A stretch of DNA of 64,000 bases from Antedon mediterranea. Taxonomy: Eukaryota; Animalia; Echinodermata. Positions 50,692 through 64,000 of this stretch are shown here, one piece after another. Position numbers and translations under genes: made by a program. The notes below the pieces were generated by a model. The model saw only the letters and a list, made by a program, of their open reading frames with translations. It ran no database searches and was not told the origin of the DNA. The stretch is taken from the NCBI RefSeq assembly GCF_964355755.1, contig NC_092675.1:22292912-22356911 (forward strand). The letters run 5' to 3'. How positions within the stretch are numbered: position 1 is the stretch's first letter; every line of letters begins with the position of its first letter.

Positions 50692-51535
50692 TAATTAGTC
50701 TGTAATAGGTCATCATTTTGTCTATTGTACGTCTGCCTTCCCATGAGTTGGGTATCTCATCTGGAGAATAGTAAACTACATCAGTTTATAACTTTATAGA
50801 GGGCAGTACACAAATTACTACCCTCATTGCTTTATAATTGACCACATCAATTAATTACTAGCTGTTTTGAGTTGCTGTCATTTTACATATAGGTATTATA
50901 AGCTTCATAATATGACCCAGTTCTTTAAAGATTGAGAGTTAAATGTATTACAGATGAATATGAATTTATGGAAGGTTAACTTATAATAATCATAAATTCT
51001 CAATTACAGTATTTCAAAACTTTGATCCATATGGTTCTGCATCTAGTCTGTTCAAACTTTAATAGGGTTTTCATACATAAGAAAGAGATCTAATTACAAG
51101 TTTGTTGTCAGAGATAATTAGTCTGTAATAGGTCATCATTTTGTCTATTGTACGTCTGCCTTCCCATGAGTTGGGTATCTCATCTGGAGAATAGTAAACT
51201 ACATCAGTTTATAACTTTATAGAGGGCAGTACACAAATTACTACCCTCATTGCTTTATAATTGACCACATCAATTAATTACTAGCTGTTTTGAGTTGCTG
51301 TCATTTTACATATAGGTATTATAAGCTTCATAATATGACCCAGTTCTTTAAAGATTGAGAGTTAAATGTATTACAGATGAATATGAATTTATGGAAGGTT
51401 AACTTATAATAATCATAAATTCTCAATTACAGTATTTCAAAACTTTGATCCATATGGTTCTGCATCTAGTCTGTTCAAACTTTAATAGGGTTTTCATACA
51501 TAAGAAAGAGATCTAATTACAAGTTTGTTGTCAGA
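50692..51535. repeat. 423-bp tandem duplication, two apparently identical copies
   Basis: TAATTAGTCTGTAATAGG starts at 50692 and 51115; both copies end in TTTGTTGTCAGA. Confidence 0.95.
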
Positions 51536-52844
51536 TATTTTAAAGCCATTGTATGTGGGGTGAGGTGTCCTTTTTCCCGAAGTGCCCTTTTCAAACTAGA
51601 GATCAGCAGTGAAAGTATAGAGGCCTAACTATCTAGCTCAGCTCATGACAATTTTCACCCCCTTTTTTTTAATGGAAAAACAAACCCTGTAAAAATTCTG
51701 GCTACAGGCTTGTTTTCTTGTACTTGATAATGTTCCTTTAATACAAATTTAGAATCAGTGAACTTTACTGAATTAGAAGACTTTAAGGCTGTAAGAAAAA
51801 CAGACCTTGTTTAGCCGCTTAATTTCCTCCCTATGCTAAGCGTTCCGTGCACCTGCTCTGCACTTGTAATACAACTGTCATATCGCTGTCGTCGGGCCAG
51901 GCATCTGACGGCGCGAGTCTATTGTACGTTCTATTGTTTATCCCAAGGGAGGGACAAAAGATGATAGGAAGGGGCAAGATGGCTTGCGTTTACTGGTCTA
52001 ATCCCTGCTGTTACATGTCTCTAATTAAATATCCGTGAGTGAAAAACTTGGGTACTAGCCAATGGGGCCAGTATTTAAAGCAGGAATTATTGAAAACATT
52101 AAAGATAATTTTCTAGAATTTGAAAATAAGTTTAATCGATGAATGAATTATTTTTACTTTAAACCCTGGTTCAATTCCTGCTAAGGACATTTTTTTTAAT
52201 GTTATTTTACAATGCCTAGATGAGAACTACAGTATTAACATATATTTATTACATAGTGAGTCTTGGAAATATTGCTTTTTATTGTATTGCACAAATTTAT
52301 CACGATTACCTACTAATGTTAATTTTTTATCTTCTTCTTCTTCTTAACGTTTTCCATCTTCCAGACATACGCTTTGCACAATTTGTTTCCATTTTTGTCT
52401 GTTTATGGCAGGATGGTTTGTTATTGTGTTAGTGTCTACATGTCCTTGTATGTCTTTCTTTATTTGATTCATCCACTTATTTTATACAAATATTACTTTA
52501 TTAATATTAATAAAATGATGATTCATTGTTATTATTATATATACAATGTAGATATAATCTATTTTTATTGTAATTGATATAGCTTCCAGTAATATTTCAA
52601 TTCTTATGATGTTGTTTCTGATCGTATCTTCTGACTAAAACTGATATTGACATATTGTTTCCTTAATAACTAAGGTATATCCTCAATATTACTGATTAAG
52701 ATCGTAACCATTAAACGGTCTCCTTGCTCTGGTATTATTAAGGTCGTATGATAAATTGTTATATAGTGACATTAGTATGTAAATTAGTGATAGTCGACAT
52801 ATAAGAATAGTTAGTTTTTTTTATATTTTTAAATCTTGTATAAA

Positions 52845-53580
52845 TTAAAAGAAGTTAATTTTTTTAAAGAAGTTCATGAAGTTCACATTCTGTGAAAAGA
52901 TGTTCATATAGTTTGAAAAGAAGTTAATTTAGTTTGAAAAGAAGTTCATATAGTTTGAAAAGAAGTGCAACTACAGTAGTTTGAAAAAGTAGTTCATCTA
53001 GTTTGAAAAGAAGTTCATCTAGCTTCAAAAGAAGTTCATCTATTTTGAAAAGTATTTCATACTGTATAGTTTGAAAAGTATTCATCTAGTTTGAAAAGAA
53101 GTTCATCTAGTTTGAAAAAAAGTTTGTATAGTTTAAAAAGTAGTTCATATAGTTTGAACAGGTCCATCTAGTTTGAAAAGAACTTCATCTAGATTGAAAG
53201 AAGTTCATTTAGTTTGAAAAGATGTTCATATATTTTGAAAAAGAAGTTCATGTAGTTTGAAAAAAAGTTCACATAGTTTGAAATGAAGTTCCTAATTTAA
53301 AAAGTAGTTCATCTAGTTTGAGAAGAAGTTCACATAGTTTAAAAAGTAGTTAATATAGCTTGAAAAGAAGTTCATCTAGTTTAAAAAGTATTTCATATAC
53401 GGTAGTTTAAAAATGATTCATCTAGTTTGAAAAGAAGTTTATCTAGTTTGAAAAGAAGTTCATCTAGTTTGAAAAGAAGTTTATCTAGTTTGAAAAGTAG
53501 TTCATGAAAATTCATATGGTTTAAAAGAAGTTAATTTATTTTAGAAAGAAGTTCATCTATTTTGAAAAGAAGTTCAGCAT
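52845..53580. repeat. Minisatellite, 21-bp unit GTTCATCTAGTTTGAAAAGAA
   Basis: 21-bp period (for example 53421 and 53442), about 30 imperfect copies. Confidence 0.95.
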
Positions 53581-53777
53581 TACAAGAAAGCTTTTGGAAC
53601 ATTTTTTCTATAATTTTTATATACGCTTAAGTATTCTTTTTTTAAGTTCTTTTTTAGACTCCGAAATCACCAGTTTATAAGAACATTAAATTATGACCCT
53701 ATACTTTTTCAATTTTATACACTAAATCTTGTAAATAAATGTTTTGGTTTATTAAATATTACTTATTTTTTATACAG

Positions 53778-53901
53778 AAATACATGAGCGTGTTTTGGCA
53801 CAATGAACTTGTTGGAATAACCTACTATGATCTTGAAACATCACAGCTTCATCTTATGCTAGATATAACAGAAACAGATAATTTCAGTATATGTAAAAGA
53901 G
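53778..53901 (+). CDS. MSH5: MutS homolog 5, coding exon
   Basis: KYMSVFWHNELVGITYYDLETSQLHLMLDITETDNFSICKR resembles MSH5 LCVLWNSGYLGIAYYD; tacag and gtaaga sites; 124 nt. Confidence 0.88.
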
Positions 53902-54975
53902 GTAAGATTATAAAAGTTATTTTGACATTTCTGATGCCGTACCATGCGCTGTCATGAAACATATACATGCCTGATCCTCCAATATTTTGTTAAAGTACAG
54001 TAGTTGAAATTTACAAATAATATAACAAACATTGATGGTCGGGTTGATAGTCCTATCACTTAAAAGGCTCTTTTGGTACGGTAACTCTTTTAACAATGTC
54101 TGTGACTTCCAAATACATATATCGTATTGAGTATTTATCATAATATTAATATTTTACCACCAAAAAAGACATTTAAAAATCTATCAGAAATAGCTTTAAA
54201 ATGAACAGGAATAATCTATTTTATATTTGCCTTTCCATTTTACAAGAATTTTATGATTATGCGTTGATTGAGAAATCATAATGTTGATATGACCTAATTA
54301 GATTATTGACCTATTTTTTTTGCATGTTTCTCAATGCTAATAGCCTTTTTTAAACCCAGTTTTTTTGTCTTTTATGTCATAATCAATTAATTTTAAGGTA
54401 TATGCAAACATAAAATGTCCATAGATATAAGCACATTTAATATAAACACAACATAACATTTGCCCACTGTATCACACTTTGATGAAGATTTTTTTAAATG
54501 ATGTCGTGAACTAACCTGCTTATGATGTTGACCCATATTTAATGACGAGCTTTTGTAAGTGATTAAGAATTTTTAGGAAGCATGTTAACGTTAACAAGCT
54601 TAGCAGTTCTGCTTTACTAGAAACTACCAAATCAGAATCTTCAATTTTTTTAAGTCCCGGATTCTTTCATATCACATAAAATGCTTCTAAAAACAGGGCA
54701 TTCCAGAAAACAAGACACACAGGCAGAATCAGAAACAACTCTCCCCTAAACTTTCAATGCAAAATATAGGATAGCATTTCATTTTACAAAATGGCTCTCA
54801 GCCCCTTTTTTTTTCAAAATAATGGATCTGCAAGCGAGTCATTATGTCCAGAGTAGGCCTTAATGTACGATTAAAAGTATTGAATAATAAATAATATCCA
54901 AAAACATATGCAGCGTTAATACATGGTACATACATTTTTTAGCCCTTTAAAGACATAATTTATTTCAAATTACAG

Positions 54976-55053
54976 TATTACAAGAAGTACAGCCTGCATG
55001 TATTATTGTCAGCTCCAAACAGGATGAACAGTTTCTAAAGGCATTACAACCAG
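54976..55053 (+). CDS. MSH5: MutS homolog 5, coding exon
   Basis: (V)LQEVQPACIIVSSKQDEQFLKALQP resembles MSH5 VLDEINPQSVVTSAKQDE; ttacag and gtaaat sites; phase 1-1. Confidence 0.88.
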
Positions 55054-55434
55054 GTAAATATTCAGCACATTCCCTTACTTTTTACCTTTGACGTCTGTAA
55101 TAATACAAATCAAATATATAAAAAAAAATCAATATTTACTTCTTTCCTAACAAAAAGATGACAGAGTGAAACAAAAAAAAAGTCAAAGAAAAAAGTAATT
55201 AAAAAAACAAAGATAAAGTATAAAAATGGAAGAGGGCTAATCTCTGGAAGAAGGAACGGCACATGAATATATGAGTATTCAAGTGGCAACTTGATGGTTA
55301 AAAGGTACTATCTAACCTTGATCGCTGTCTATACCCTATTTCAACATCATGAACACAACTCTAGTAGCCTAATGAAGTTCTACATAACAAACAGACATTA
55401 GCTGTCTCAGTTGGAAGACCTTTTTTCACTCTTA

Positions 55435-55612
55435 AGCCTTGTCTACACTATCAAAATTTATGTGTCAAAAAATGTGATGTGCCATATATGGACATGATGA
55501 TGTCATATATGGACATGATGATGTCATATGACTACCATATTTAAGCATAGCACTACCATATATGGGCACATCACATTTTTTTGACACATAGTTTGATAGT
55601 GTAGACAAGGCT
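55435..55612. mobile_element. Harbinger-type hairpin MITE (178 bp)
   Basis: Long TIRs AGCCTTGTCTACACTATCAAA...TGTGTCAAAAAATGTGATGTGCC with the reverse complement at the right end; TTA duplication at 55432-55434 and 55613-55615. Confidence 0.85.
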
Positions 55613-56458
55613 TTACAGATTTTCTCACCGTATTCATTTCAGTATCTTACTGGGGTTCTTCTAAATTTTTCTTTTGAGTGAAAGATGAGATTTGTAAGAT
55701 TTTGAAAGTTCTCACATCCTGTAGCGAAATTGGACAATTTAACATTGAATACTTGAATCAAAATGAACTTTTGAATCTTGAAATGAACTCTCTATTATTT
55801 TTTCTCTCATGTTGTGTTGTACTCTTCAAATTGAGAATGTCATAATTTAAGGGGCAAGGTTGATATGTTCAGGAAGAAGGATTATGTTTTTCCACAAAAA
55901 TCCTGTCTTTTCTTCAAACGTGACTGATCTAAATTTCAATGAACCTTATATGGAATTCTTGCATTTCATAGTAAATTCACTCAGCTTCATTGACATCAAT
56001 GTGAAACCTTAATTACTGCACACTGGAGCGGAGGCAGGATTTTTGTTATTGTGGGTGCGAGAAAGAACAATATTCAGAATAATGAACCTCTAGTTGCCCT
56101 GACACCAAAAAACATATGTTCGAAATAACACTGAGCCAGTGTCCAATGTAAAGTTACAAATCAAGGCAAATAAAGTTTTCTGTATTATGCCAACTAGGGA
56201 AGAGTTTCATTCTTCCTTGATTATACCCTGTATAGAGAATTTACTTTATTTACAAACAGTCCTCAATGATGTTAATTAATGCTACATTTTTTCCAGTAAG
56301 TTCAATTAGCCTAGTAGTTATATTGGAATAAACTAATTATATTTCAATACTTTACCATTGGTAATATAAGGTTTTCTTTTGAATGTTTCTCATTTACACT
56401 ACTGCTAAATGTAAGGTTGACTGTTTTTTTCTACAATATACAGTACATCTTATTTCAG

Positions 56459-56530
56459 AAACAATTGATGAAAATGAGACGATTGTAAACCAGTCTAATA
56501 GAGTACAGATTGTCCCCAGTATTGACTTTG
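56459..56530 (+). CDS. MSH5: MutS homolog 5, coding exon
   Basis: (E)TIDENETIVNQSNRVQIVPSIDF resembles MSH5 IIFLPSVDF; tttcag and gtaagt sites; phase 1-1. Confidence 0.85.
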
Positions 56531-56894
56531 GTAAGTTTGTTTTGAAATGAATAATTATAAAACTTATTTGTAAACTGTGGTACAAATCCTGCCCTAGTTC
56601 CAGAATTTCTCTAATGCACAAAACAGTCACCGAAGTATAAAAAACTAATTATTATATAAAGTAGAACACTTCTTTGATTTTAAAAGAAAACTGTCCTGTG
56701 AAATAGTAACAAGGGCAAACACAATTATGTTTTAACACTATGGCTAACCCCCATTAAAGTGACACTTTGTTGTATCTCGAATATAAGGTATTCTTCCAAA
56801 TTGTTATATTGCAAATAAGCAATTGAATATAATATATCATGGTTGTAATTGTATTAAACTACTGTGGAGTAGCTTTGCGTCAGGGACTTGAGTA

Positions 56895-57045
56895 ATTGGT
56901 CAGATGTTTTCCCTACTCTGACGTAATTTGTACTTCATACTAAGTAAATTAGAGAATACGATATAAGTAATTCTCGGGTGGGACTCGAACCCACGACCTC
57001 CAGATCACTAGCCTGGCGTTCATACCTCTAGACCACCGAGCTTGC
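56895..57045 (-). mobile_element. tRNA-derived SINE-like repeat with an intact tRNA-like head (56971-57042)
   Basis: Minus strand AGCTCGG TGGTCTAGAGG TATGAACG CCAGG CTAGTGA TCTGG AGGTC GTGGG TTCGAGT CCCAC CCGAG has A and B boxes plus anticodon and T arms, but an incomplete acceptor stem. The non-tRNA body is shared with 23151-23284. Confidence 0.7.
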
Positions 57046-60000
57046 GCTGATGGCTATAATTTTTATGCAAGTATTGTCAAAAAATGTACTTAGTACAGTA
57101 TTTATGTATGTATGTATGTATGTAGGGCAAAAAATTCGACCAATATATTCATGACTATCATTTTTATCAACAAATAATCCCAAATGATTAACTCATGCTT
57201 CTTTTATACTAATATCATGTTTCTGTGATGTAACAGTGCATATTAAAGAATAAATGTAATGTCAAATTAATAACATTTTATGCTTGGCAGTAGACTGATG
57301 TGTGGTTATGTTACAGTATGGTTTTACTTTACATCCAAGTCTGCCATCTGTATGGCATTAACTTCTGCCAGATTGCTTTCAAAGATAAACATGAAAACGT
57401 GCTTTAGAAGGAAAAATAAACGTTAATGAATATTGTAGCAAGGCATATTGTCTTGTTGTCACTGAGGCTTTTGCAGAAAAACAAAATTTAGCATATAGCA
57501 TAGGTTGCATGGAATACCGTAATTACTTATAATAGGGTCTTTGAGTGAAGGAAGGAAGAAACATGGTACTTCAATTGGAATTCCTCCCCTTCCTAATTAC
57601 TTTTAATAACTAGCACAAGGTTTGTTAGTGATATTGTTAATAGCTAATCTTGAGTAGAGTTAAATGGGTTTAAATATGTTGAATGTATTGTTGTCGATTG
57701 TGCCACTTGGGAAATTCATACAGTACACCCCTTTTGAGTTTTAATCTAACAGGTAGTAATGAATTTTGATTAAATAAATCTTCAAAGCTAGACAACTGCT
57801 TACCGATTTCTACAAGAGCATATTAGACAATATGTTTATGTTTTGAAACACTAACTACTACATTTGGAACAAACTTGTTAAAAAATAGAGTACCCTGTTC
57901 ACATGCGCCCAAATATGAGATCTGGATTTAATTCAAGTCCGCAGTTTGTAGGATTAGAACAACTACTTTTTTTTCAAACCACCACATTTACAGCAGTGCT
58001 AGTCTAGCTCATGACAATTTGTCCAATCCTACTCGTAGCCAGCTGGCAAATTCTACTGTACTAGGTATTAGGTCTAAAGTAATCTTTTCGTCAAAAGCAT
58101 AGTGCTAGCTAGCATGAGCCTTCTTGGAATTTATTTTAGATACTGTAGAAGTATTTTTAAGTAGTCTTTTGCAGCTGGATCAGTGCCATTTCAAATTACA
58201 AGATAAATCTTGTGTGTTAAAATCTAAGAAGTTGGATTTAAAATGTAATATACCTGGCTATGCATACTTACTAGAAACAAAAACTGTTCAATGTGGATCA
58301 ACTCAAGGGGCTAAGAAGCAAACTGCCTATTGAAATTTTCTGTCTAAATCAAAACATCGCGTTTCTTTATAATTTTTTTTTTGTGTCATCCTTTCAGACT
58401 ATTTGAAAGTGTGATAGTAATTGGATTTCACCCAATTGTATTACAAAGTATCTTCATCATCCTGTAGTGAGTCAAATGTTCTACCAAAACACTGTGATAC
58501 CCTTGCAACAGAAATAAGCTTAATCATCAGGGGTTTTCCCATTCCATTATGACATCATTGTTCAGTAAAACATTAAACAATGATATGGTCATTTCCAAAT
58601 ATGGTCATTTCCAAATAGTATGTGCAGTTTATATTCTTTATATTGATACCAAGTGGTATATCAAGAAAATTTATAAAGTTGGTTTCAACCATTTTCTGAC
58701 ATCTCTGTCACATTTAGTGAAATGACAATAAGAACTTTTCTGCTGATTTAAAAAATTATGAGTTTTTATTAGTATAATTTATGATCACCAACCAAATATT
58801 GCCTTAAAAAACTTTGAATTAAATGCTAGTGTGAAAAAGGGGGAATTCCATTGGATTTAATGCTATAGCCTATATTTAATTTTTCAGTGTTCTGTAATTG
58901 TATAGTTGAAAGTCATTGTACTTACAGTATTTCTTACAAATTTGTCGGACATGAAAACAACAAAATAATCCTTACATATAAAGTGTGTAAAAACAGGAAT
59001 TGTACTGTTTATCACGCACGTTTTTATTGACATTCTGAAGGTCATGTTGGTCAGAATCTTAGTTTTGCGAACAATGTGTAGGACATCTTTGCGTGATTTC
59101 CTTTGTTTTTAGGCAACATCAAGGATATTTGAATTAAACGTCGGATTTTACAAGCTCTGCAGGAAGCTCAGCGGTTCCCGCTGAAGATTATTTTGATTAT
59201 TGTATCAATCATTATAAGATTGTTGCATTCAAACCGCATGACTTACAGCTTATTCTTCTTATTTAAGATTATTTAAGGGTTATAGCAAGGTTTATGCTGT
59301 ACTTTACAGCGAAACAGCCCACCAATCTTGCTTCTTCTCACACGCCATGTATTTCCATGTCAAAAATCTGTTTTACAGTATTTTCACTTGTTTGTTTCAA
59401 ATTAAAAAAACACAGGAAATTATGTGCAAAATAAAGTAAATTTATCGTTTTAAAAAAGCAAATTTGTTTTAAACATGGAGTTTTCCTTTAAGCATCCTAG
59501 TAAATTGCATTGCAACCCAACTACTATAAAAAATAGAAAACACTATAAAAAATCAAAACACGTACAGTATTGCCATTCTAATGCTTCTTAAGTGCTTACA
59601 TTAAACATTGATGGTACCAGGTAGCGATTAAATGCATATGTTCCTCAATTCCTGGATAATAACATGTATGACGGGGCTGACTGAGACCATGTATGTAGAG
59701 CCTACTTAATAGAAAAACTCAAACAAAAAAAGATAAAATGTACTACTCACAAATAAGAATAACATTGACTGATACATCCTTTGAATATATAAATTAATAA
59801 GAACCTGTTTAACAAAGTGCAATTCAATTACTATGTCAGTGTTCATTTCCTTGTATTTTATAAACAATTATTTAGATTAAACAATAAAGGGAAAAGAGAA
59901 AGTAATATGTTATATTAACGGTAATATTTATTTTGTATTAATTTAATTCTAATGTGTAGGCTATTCTATTGATGCTTTGTACTGTATATTCCACTAAAAA

Positions 60001-62304
60001 ATGCATGATGTTTTTTAAAAAATCTATATTTTTAATAAATGTGTGTATGATCTTTATACCAGTACCATGTAGATAATATGTAAAAAGAACAAACACTCTA
60101 CTGTGCAAGAGGATTTAACGTGATTATGATTATTGATAATATTAGAATAAAACAGGCAAACTGGCTCTTTATTGTTTTTGCTGTTTTCATTCATCTTGCC
60201 TGGGGAGTTTCATTATTGGCCGGGCTCCTACCTTGAATCAGGGAGATGTCTCCCTGCTAGAATCTGCCTATCTTGATTAAAATGCCACATTATGGAAGGG
60301 AAGAGAAAATCCATATGTACCCTCATATGGAACCACACACTTTAAAAGGGAACATTTACACATTTTTGTCATCGTTCGTAAACCATGTTTATTAAAAAAA
60401 AATATTTTTAAAGTTGTTTATGTCTTTAATAGTTGTTATACTGTAATCTATTTTGATATGTTTGTTTCAATTTCACTGGCATGAGACCAACCACCAACAA
60501 ACACTGTGATTATTATTATGCTGCAATTTATAACTTCAAGCTATTTCAAACAATTTAATGAAAATCACCTGGTGTAAACCATCCTGTCTTTGTTTCTGAA
60601 GACACATGTGGCCTCCAGGTGGCAGTATTTTATTGGATATAAATACCATACGGTTTCGGTTATTGAAATAAAAAATGTACAAATTGCTATTATGTTGAAA
60701 AGGTGTGTTGGTAATAAAAGCCATGTGTATTGTCTAGGCCACTGTGTACACCCCTGTCCATGCATAAAAACAACATTTGATATCAAAAAGAAATTAAAAT
60801 GGGTTTCAGATATACGTCTTTAACAAATGCTTACCTGGATGACTCACCCATTCTTCATTACCGTGTTTATGGGCAGATCTAGCATAACGAAGAAAAAAAA
60901 AGTTGGGGGTGCATAGCAAGAAGTAAGCTTTACTTTTTCTGAGAAACTGCTACTAATTCAGTTTGGCCACAAAAAAAAATGCATGGAAATAACTTAATGA
61001 GTTTTTAAGTCCGGCCATTTTTAAATCTACTTATTATACAATTCTTAAAGGGTATTGTCCCTAAAAAGCAAGAAAAATTAAGAATAATTAAATCAGACTT
61101 TGAATAGGTTATTTTGTAATTATAATAATGTTAATCACTTCCATAGAAAAAATAACAAAAACAAATAATGTTTTCACTTATAAAATCACATAATAAATAA
61201 TAATAAATCAAAAACCCATTGACTGGCAGCCAATTTTACCATTTTTTGCTTTAAATTACATTTTTTCAGGTACTGTATATACATTTTTTTTTCGATCCAA
61301 TTTTGATCAAAGTGGATATCAACATATAATGCCAGATATTTAGTGCTTGTATTAACAATTTATTGCTTGTATTAACAATCTCAAAAAAGTTGATTGGATG
61401 GCAGTGTTGTGAAAGTTATTTTTAGTGAAAATGCTAAATTAATAAAATCATAAATACTAGGTCTATTGTATAAAGTAAACAATTTGTGTATAATAATAAC
61501 AAGTACCCAGAGAATTGACACCTGTGATTGCAACTTGACACCATGTGATGCATTAATCACAGGTGCAAAACGATACAGATGTTATACCTTATTTGAATTG
61601 ATTGGTTTAAACACCTGGTTAATGTTTATGATAATTTTGAAATTCAATAAACTTTATTTTGACTTGACACATCATTTTAGACCCCTCCCTTTTGACTGTG
61701 ACCTTTGTTTATACCATGAAGTAAAAACATACAACACAAAGTTCTTTCACCTTTGAATGTGGATCTGTTTAGTTCATGAATAACCAACCTTTAGGGAGCT
61801 AGTTCCATCCGTTGATGCTCGGCCATAAAGTGTACTTGGACAGTGCATTAGGAGACGATACATTTTTTGTTTTTAAGTGTTCTGCACATTTGCCAGACCA
61901 AAGGATTAATGCATCATGCATGTAAAAGTCAATGCTATTGACAAAGTTGAAAAATTGATGAGAGATGGGAATCGAACCAAACCCCTAAAGGCATTCTTGA
62001 CTCACAGCTATAATTATCAGCAATTGAGTTGGGTTGGGTTGATTGCAAATTTTATTGCCGATCTCACTTCTTTCCTTCCTAATCCATTTTAAGCAGTAGG
62101 TAGGAAGGGAAATATTTATAAACTTTAATATTACATGTTAATAATAATTATTAAAATTTATAATTTGGTCGTATTGGTCCAATATGCAATCAGTAATGTA
62201 TATTGATAATTATTAAAATTTATAGTATTTTGTATATTTGTAACGAATAATTGTGTTAGTCTATTTTCTCATTTTGATATCTAAAATTATGTTTTTTTTT
62301 TCAG

Positions 62305-62426
62305 CTTTGGAATCATGTAAAAGGCGATTAGTATCACTGAACCTTCCCACAATGCCTGAGAATTTTACAGACATTGAGAGAAGCATCTTCATCTCATCTA
62401 TTGTACCCTTTAAATGTGAAAAAGTT
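62305..62426 (+). CDS. MSH5: MutS homolog 5, coding exon
   Basis: (A)LESCKRRLVSLNLPTMPENFTDIERSIFISSIVPFKCEKV resembles MSH5 LEISKQRLLS...FLSSIIPFDC; tttcag and gtgagt sites; 122 nt. Confidence 0.92.
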
Positions 62427-63042
62427 GTGAGTATGTTGTTCATTGTTTGAAACTCTGTATCATGTGAAATAAAAGTTTTTTTTCAATTTTCTCATAGAGG
62501 GCGCTGTGCAGTTATTATTCAAGAATTTGTATTTCTAGCATAGTTTTTTTTGCAATAAATCATGTATTAAAATGGGTTTTTTACAGTATGAAATATACTT
62601 TACTAGAAATGTTTACAGTACAGTTTTTAAACATTCTTTTGACTCTGTTTACCGTTTCTTTCAGTTAAAAAAATGGCTTGAAAATAATGTTTATGAAATA
62701 ATTATTACTAACTTTGAAATACAAAAACTATTGCTTCAAACAAGTTTGTATTACTGTTAGGTATTAGAATATTTCATCCACAATGTGTGGAAGAGCAATA
62801 GTTCTTCTACAATGTGCAATCAAGTTTATCTAATTGTAGTTGTATTGATATTGCACAATGGTTTATATGATAACCATCTTTTCTGAAACACATTTTTCCC
62901 CTATTTAAAATATAATATTTAAAGAGGAAGAAGTGTATAGCTGCAACCCTCTGTCAAAATGAATTTGTATTTGTGTGTCTCTGATACTAATAGTGAAATA
63001 TGCAAATTACTCAAGCCATGTTGATAATCTTTGTTTTCTTAG

Positions 63043-63152
63043 ATTCGAGCAGCTGGTGCCCTTCTTAAGTTCATGGAGAAGAAACGTGTTGGTGTTGAGC
63101 TGGAAGACATGGGTATTAAAGTGCCGGTTCTTTCTCTTCACCTTTTCTCTTT
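63043..63152 (+). CDS. MSH5: MutS homolog 5, coding exon
   Basis: IRAAGALLKFMEKKRVGVELEDMGIKVPVLSLHLFSL resembles MSH5 [22 protein letters not shown]; cttag and gtaagt sites; 110 nt. Confidence 0.94.
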
Positions 63153-63574
63153 GTAAGTTATCTGAGTCTAAAATAGAATACAAAGTAATCATTCTTACCC
63201 TTTTCTATAGCCCTTAAAATATTTCCTTAAAAAGGGCCTACCTTAGTTATTTGTTTATGTTCCACACAGGATAAGATAAAATAATAAAAATATTGATATA
63301 ATTATTTTAGATAAAAGTAGTTGTTTAGCTTCTTTGGCCATTGAAAATAACTACAAAGGATACAATATTAATTTATGTGATGGTGGGGAAAAAGAAAAAA
63401 AAATTTTTAAAAAACAGTTGTCCAAAAAGGTTCCTCGATAGCAAATCTTAAATAAAGGGAAGAAATATATTTGAAAATGTAGGCATCTTACTAATTCTCT
63501 AGGTGCAATACTTTGAATGTCATAATTTGAAATGTGGTGTTTGTGGCACACATCTTTTTTCATTTTTTGTTTAG

Positions 63575-63696
63575 GAAAGACACTCTTTTCCTTGAAGAAA
63601 ACACCTACCGTGCCCTTCAGATATTCCGTAAGGAGTTGCATCCGTCAGCCTTTAAGAGTGGAGGAAGTGGTGCTAAAGAAGGTCTCAGTCTGTTTG
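63575..63696 (+). CDS. MSH5: MutS homolog 5, coding exon (gene continues beyond the window)
   Basis: KDTLFLEENTYRALQIFRKELHPSAFKSGGSGAKEGLSLFG contains the MSH5 signature LQIF..E.HPS..K....KEGLSLFG; tttag and gtaagg sites. Confidence 0.95.
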
Positions 63697-64000
63697 GTAA
63701 GGTGTTGGTTGCTAGCTTTAACAACAATATTTATTTATTATTGTTTGCACGCAAGTACATATTCAACTGCCAAAGTTTTAAGGCCAATTTACACAGACGC
63801 TAATAATAATAATATTTATTTCCACAAATAATGAAGCAAAATACAGAGTAGCATAATACTGTAAATATACAACTGATAATGAACATAAATAGTTTAACGC
63901 AAGAAAAGAAGTTGGTAAATAGAAAAGGGACGCCGCTCAGGTCAGATACAGATTCTACATGGACAAGCTACGTACTTCTCCATTTTCTGTTACCACTCGT

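Noticed and set aside
51840-52080. Alternative MSH5 first coding exon (AAGATGGC...CC|gtgagt)
   Set aside because: The donor is phase 2 relative to that ATG and incompatible with the phase-0 acceptor at 53778; it may be repeat-derived.
56971-57042. Functional tRNA-Thr(AGT) gene
   Set aside because: The acceptor stem pairs for only 5 bp, there is no adjacent oligo-T terminator, and the flanking body is shared with a truncated second copy, which is typical of a SINE.

Overview
AT-rich, intron-containing animal genomic DNA, probably a marine invertebrate deuterostome (echinoderm-like; this is inferred, not proven). Four genes can be assembled by hand from splice signals. (1) A GPX4-type glutathione peroxidase selenoprotein (+, six coding exons, 1684-4254) with an in-frame TGA (Sec) at 2560-2562 and a type II SECIS in the 3'UTR; the ORF track largely misses it. 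(2) A two-exon nucleoredoxin-like gene (NXNL2-like, WCPPC active site, +, 6874-7910). (3) An intronless Jun/AP-1 gene (-, 27666-28607) whose proximal promoter resembles vertebrate c-jun. (4) The 5' part of MSH5 (+, seven coding exons, 42136-63696, running off the window), head-to-head with Jun. The 9.7-16 kb region holds decayed minus-strand coding relics: a tandemly amplified kinase fragment, a Myb/SANT domain, spliced coiled-coil exons, a Bel/Pao fragment and a possible death domain. The rest is intron or intergenic DNA with Kolobok- and Harbinger-type MITEs, a tRNA-derived SINE, minisatellites and local duplications. The main points of interest are the UGA-UAG tandem stop upstream of the SECIS, the conserved Jun promoter grammar, the AP-1-site-rich region upstream of Jun, the probable Jun/MSH5 bidirectional promoter and the TAGGCC tracts near 5' ends. 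Comparisons with human genes are from recall and need checking by alignment.
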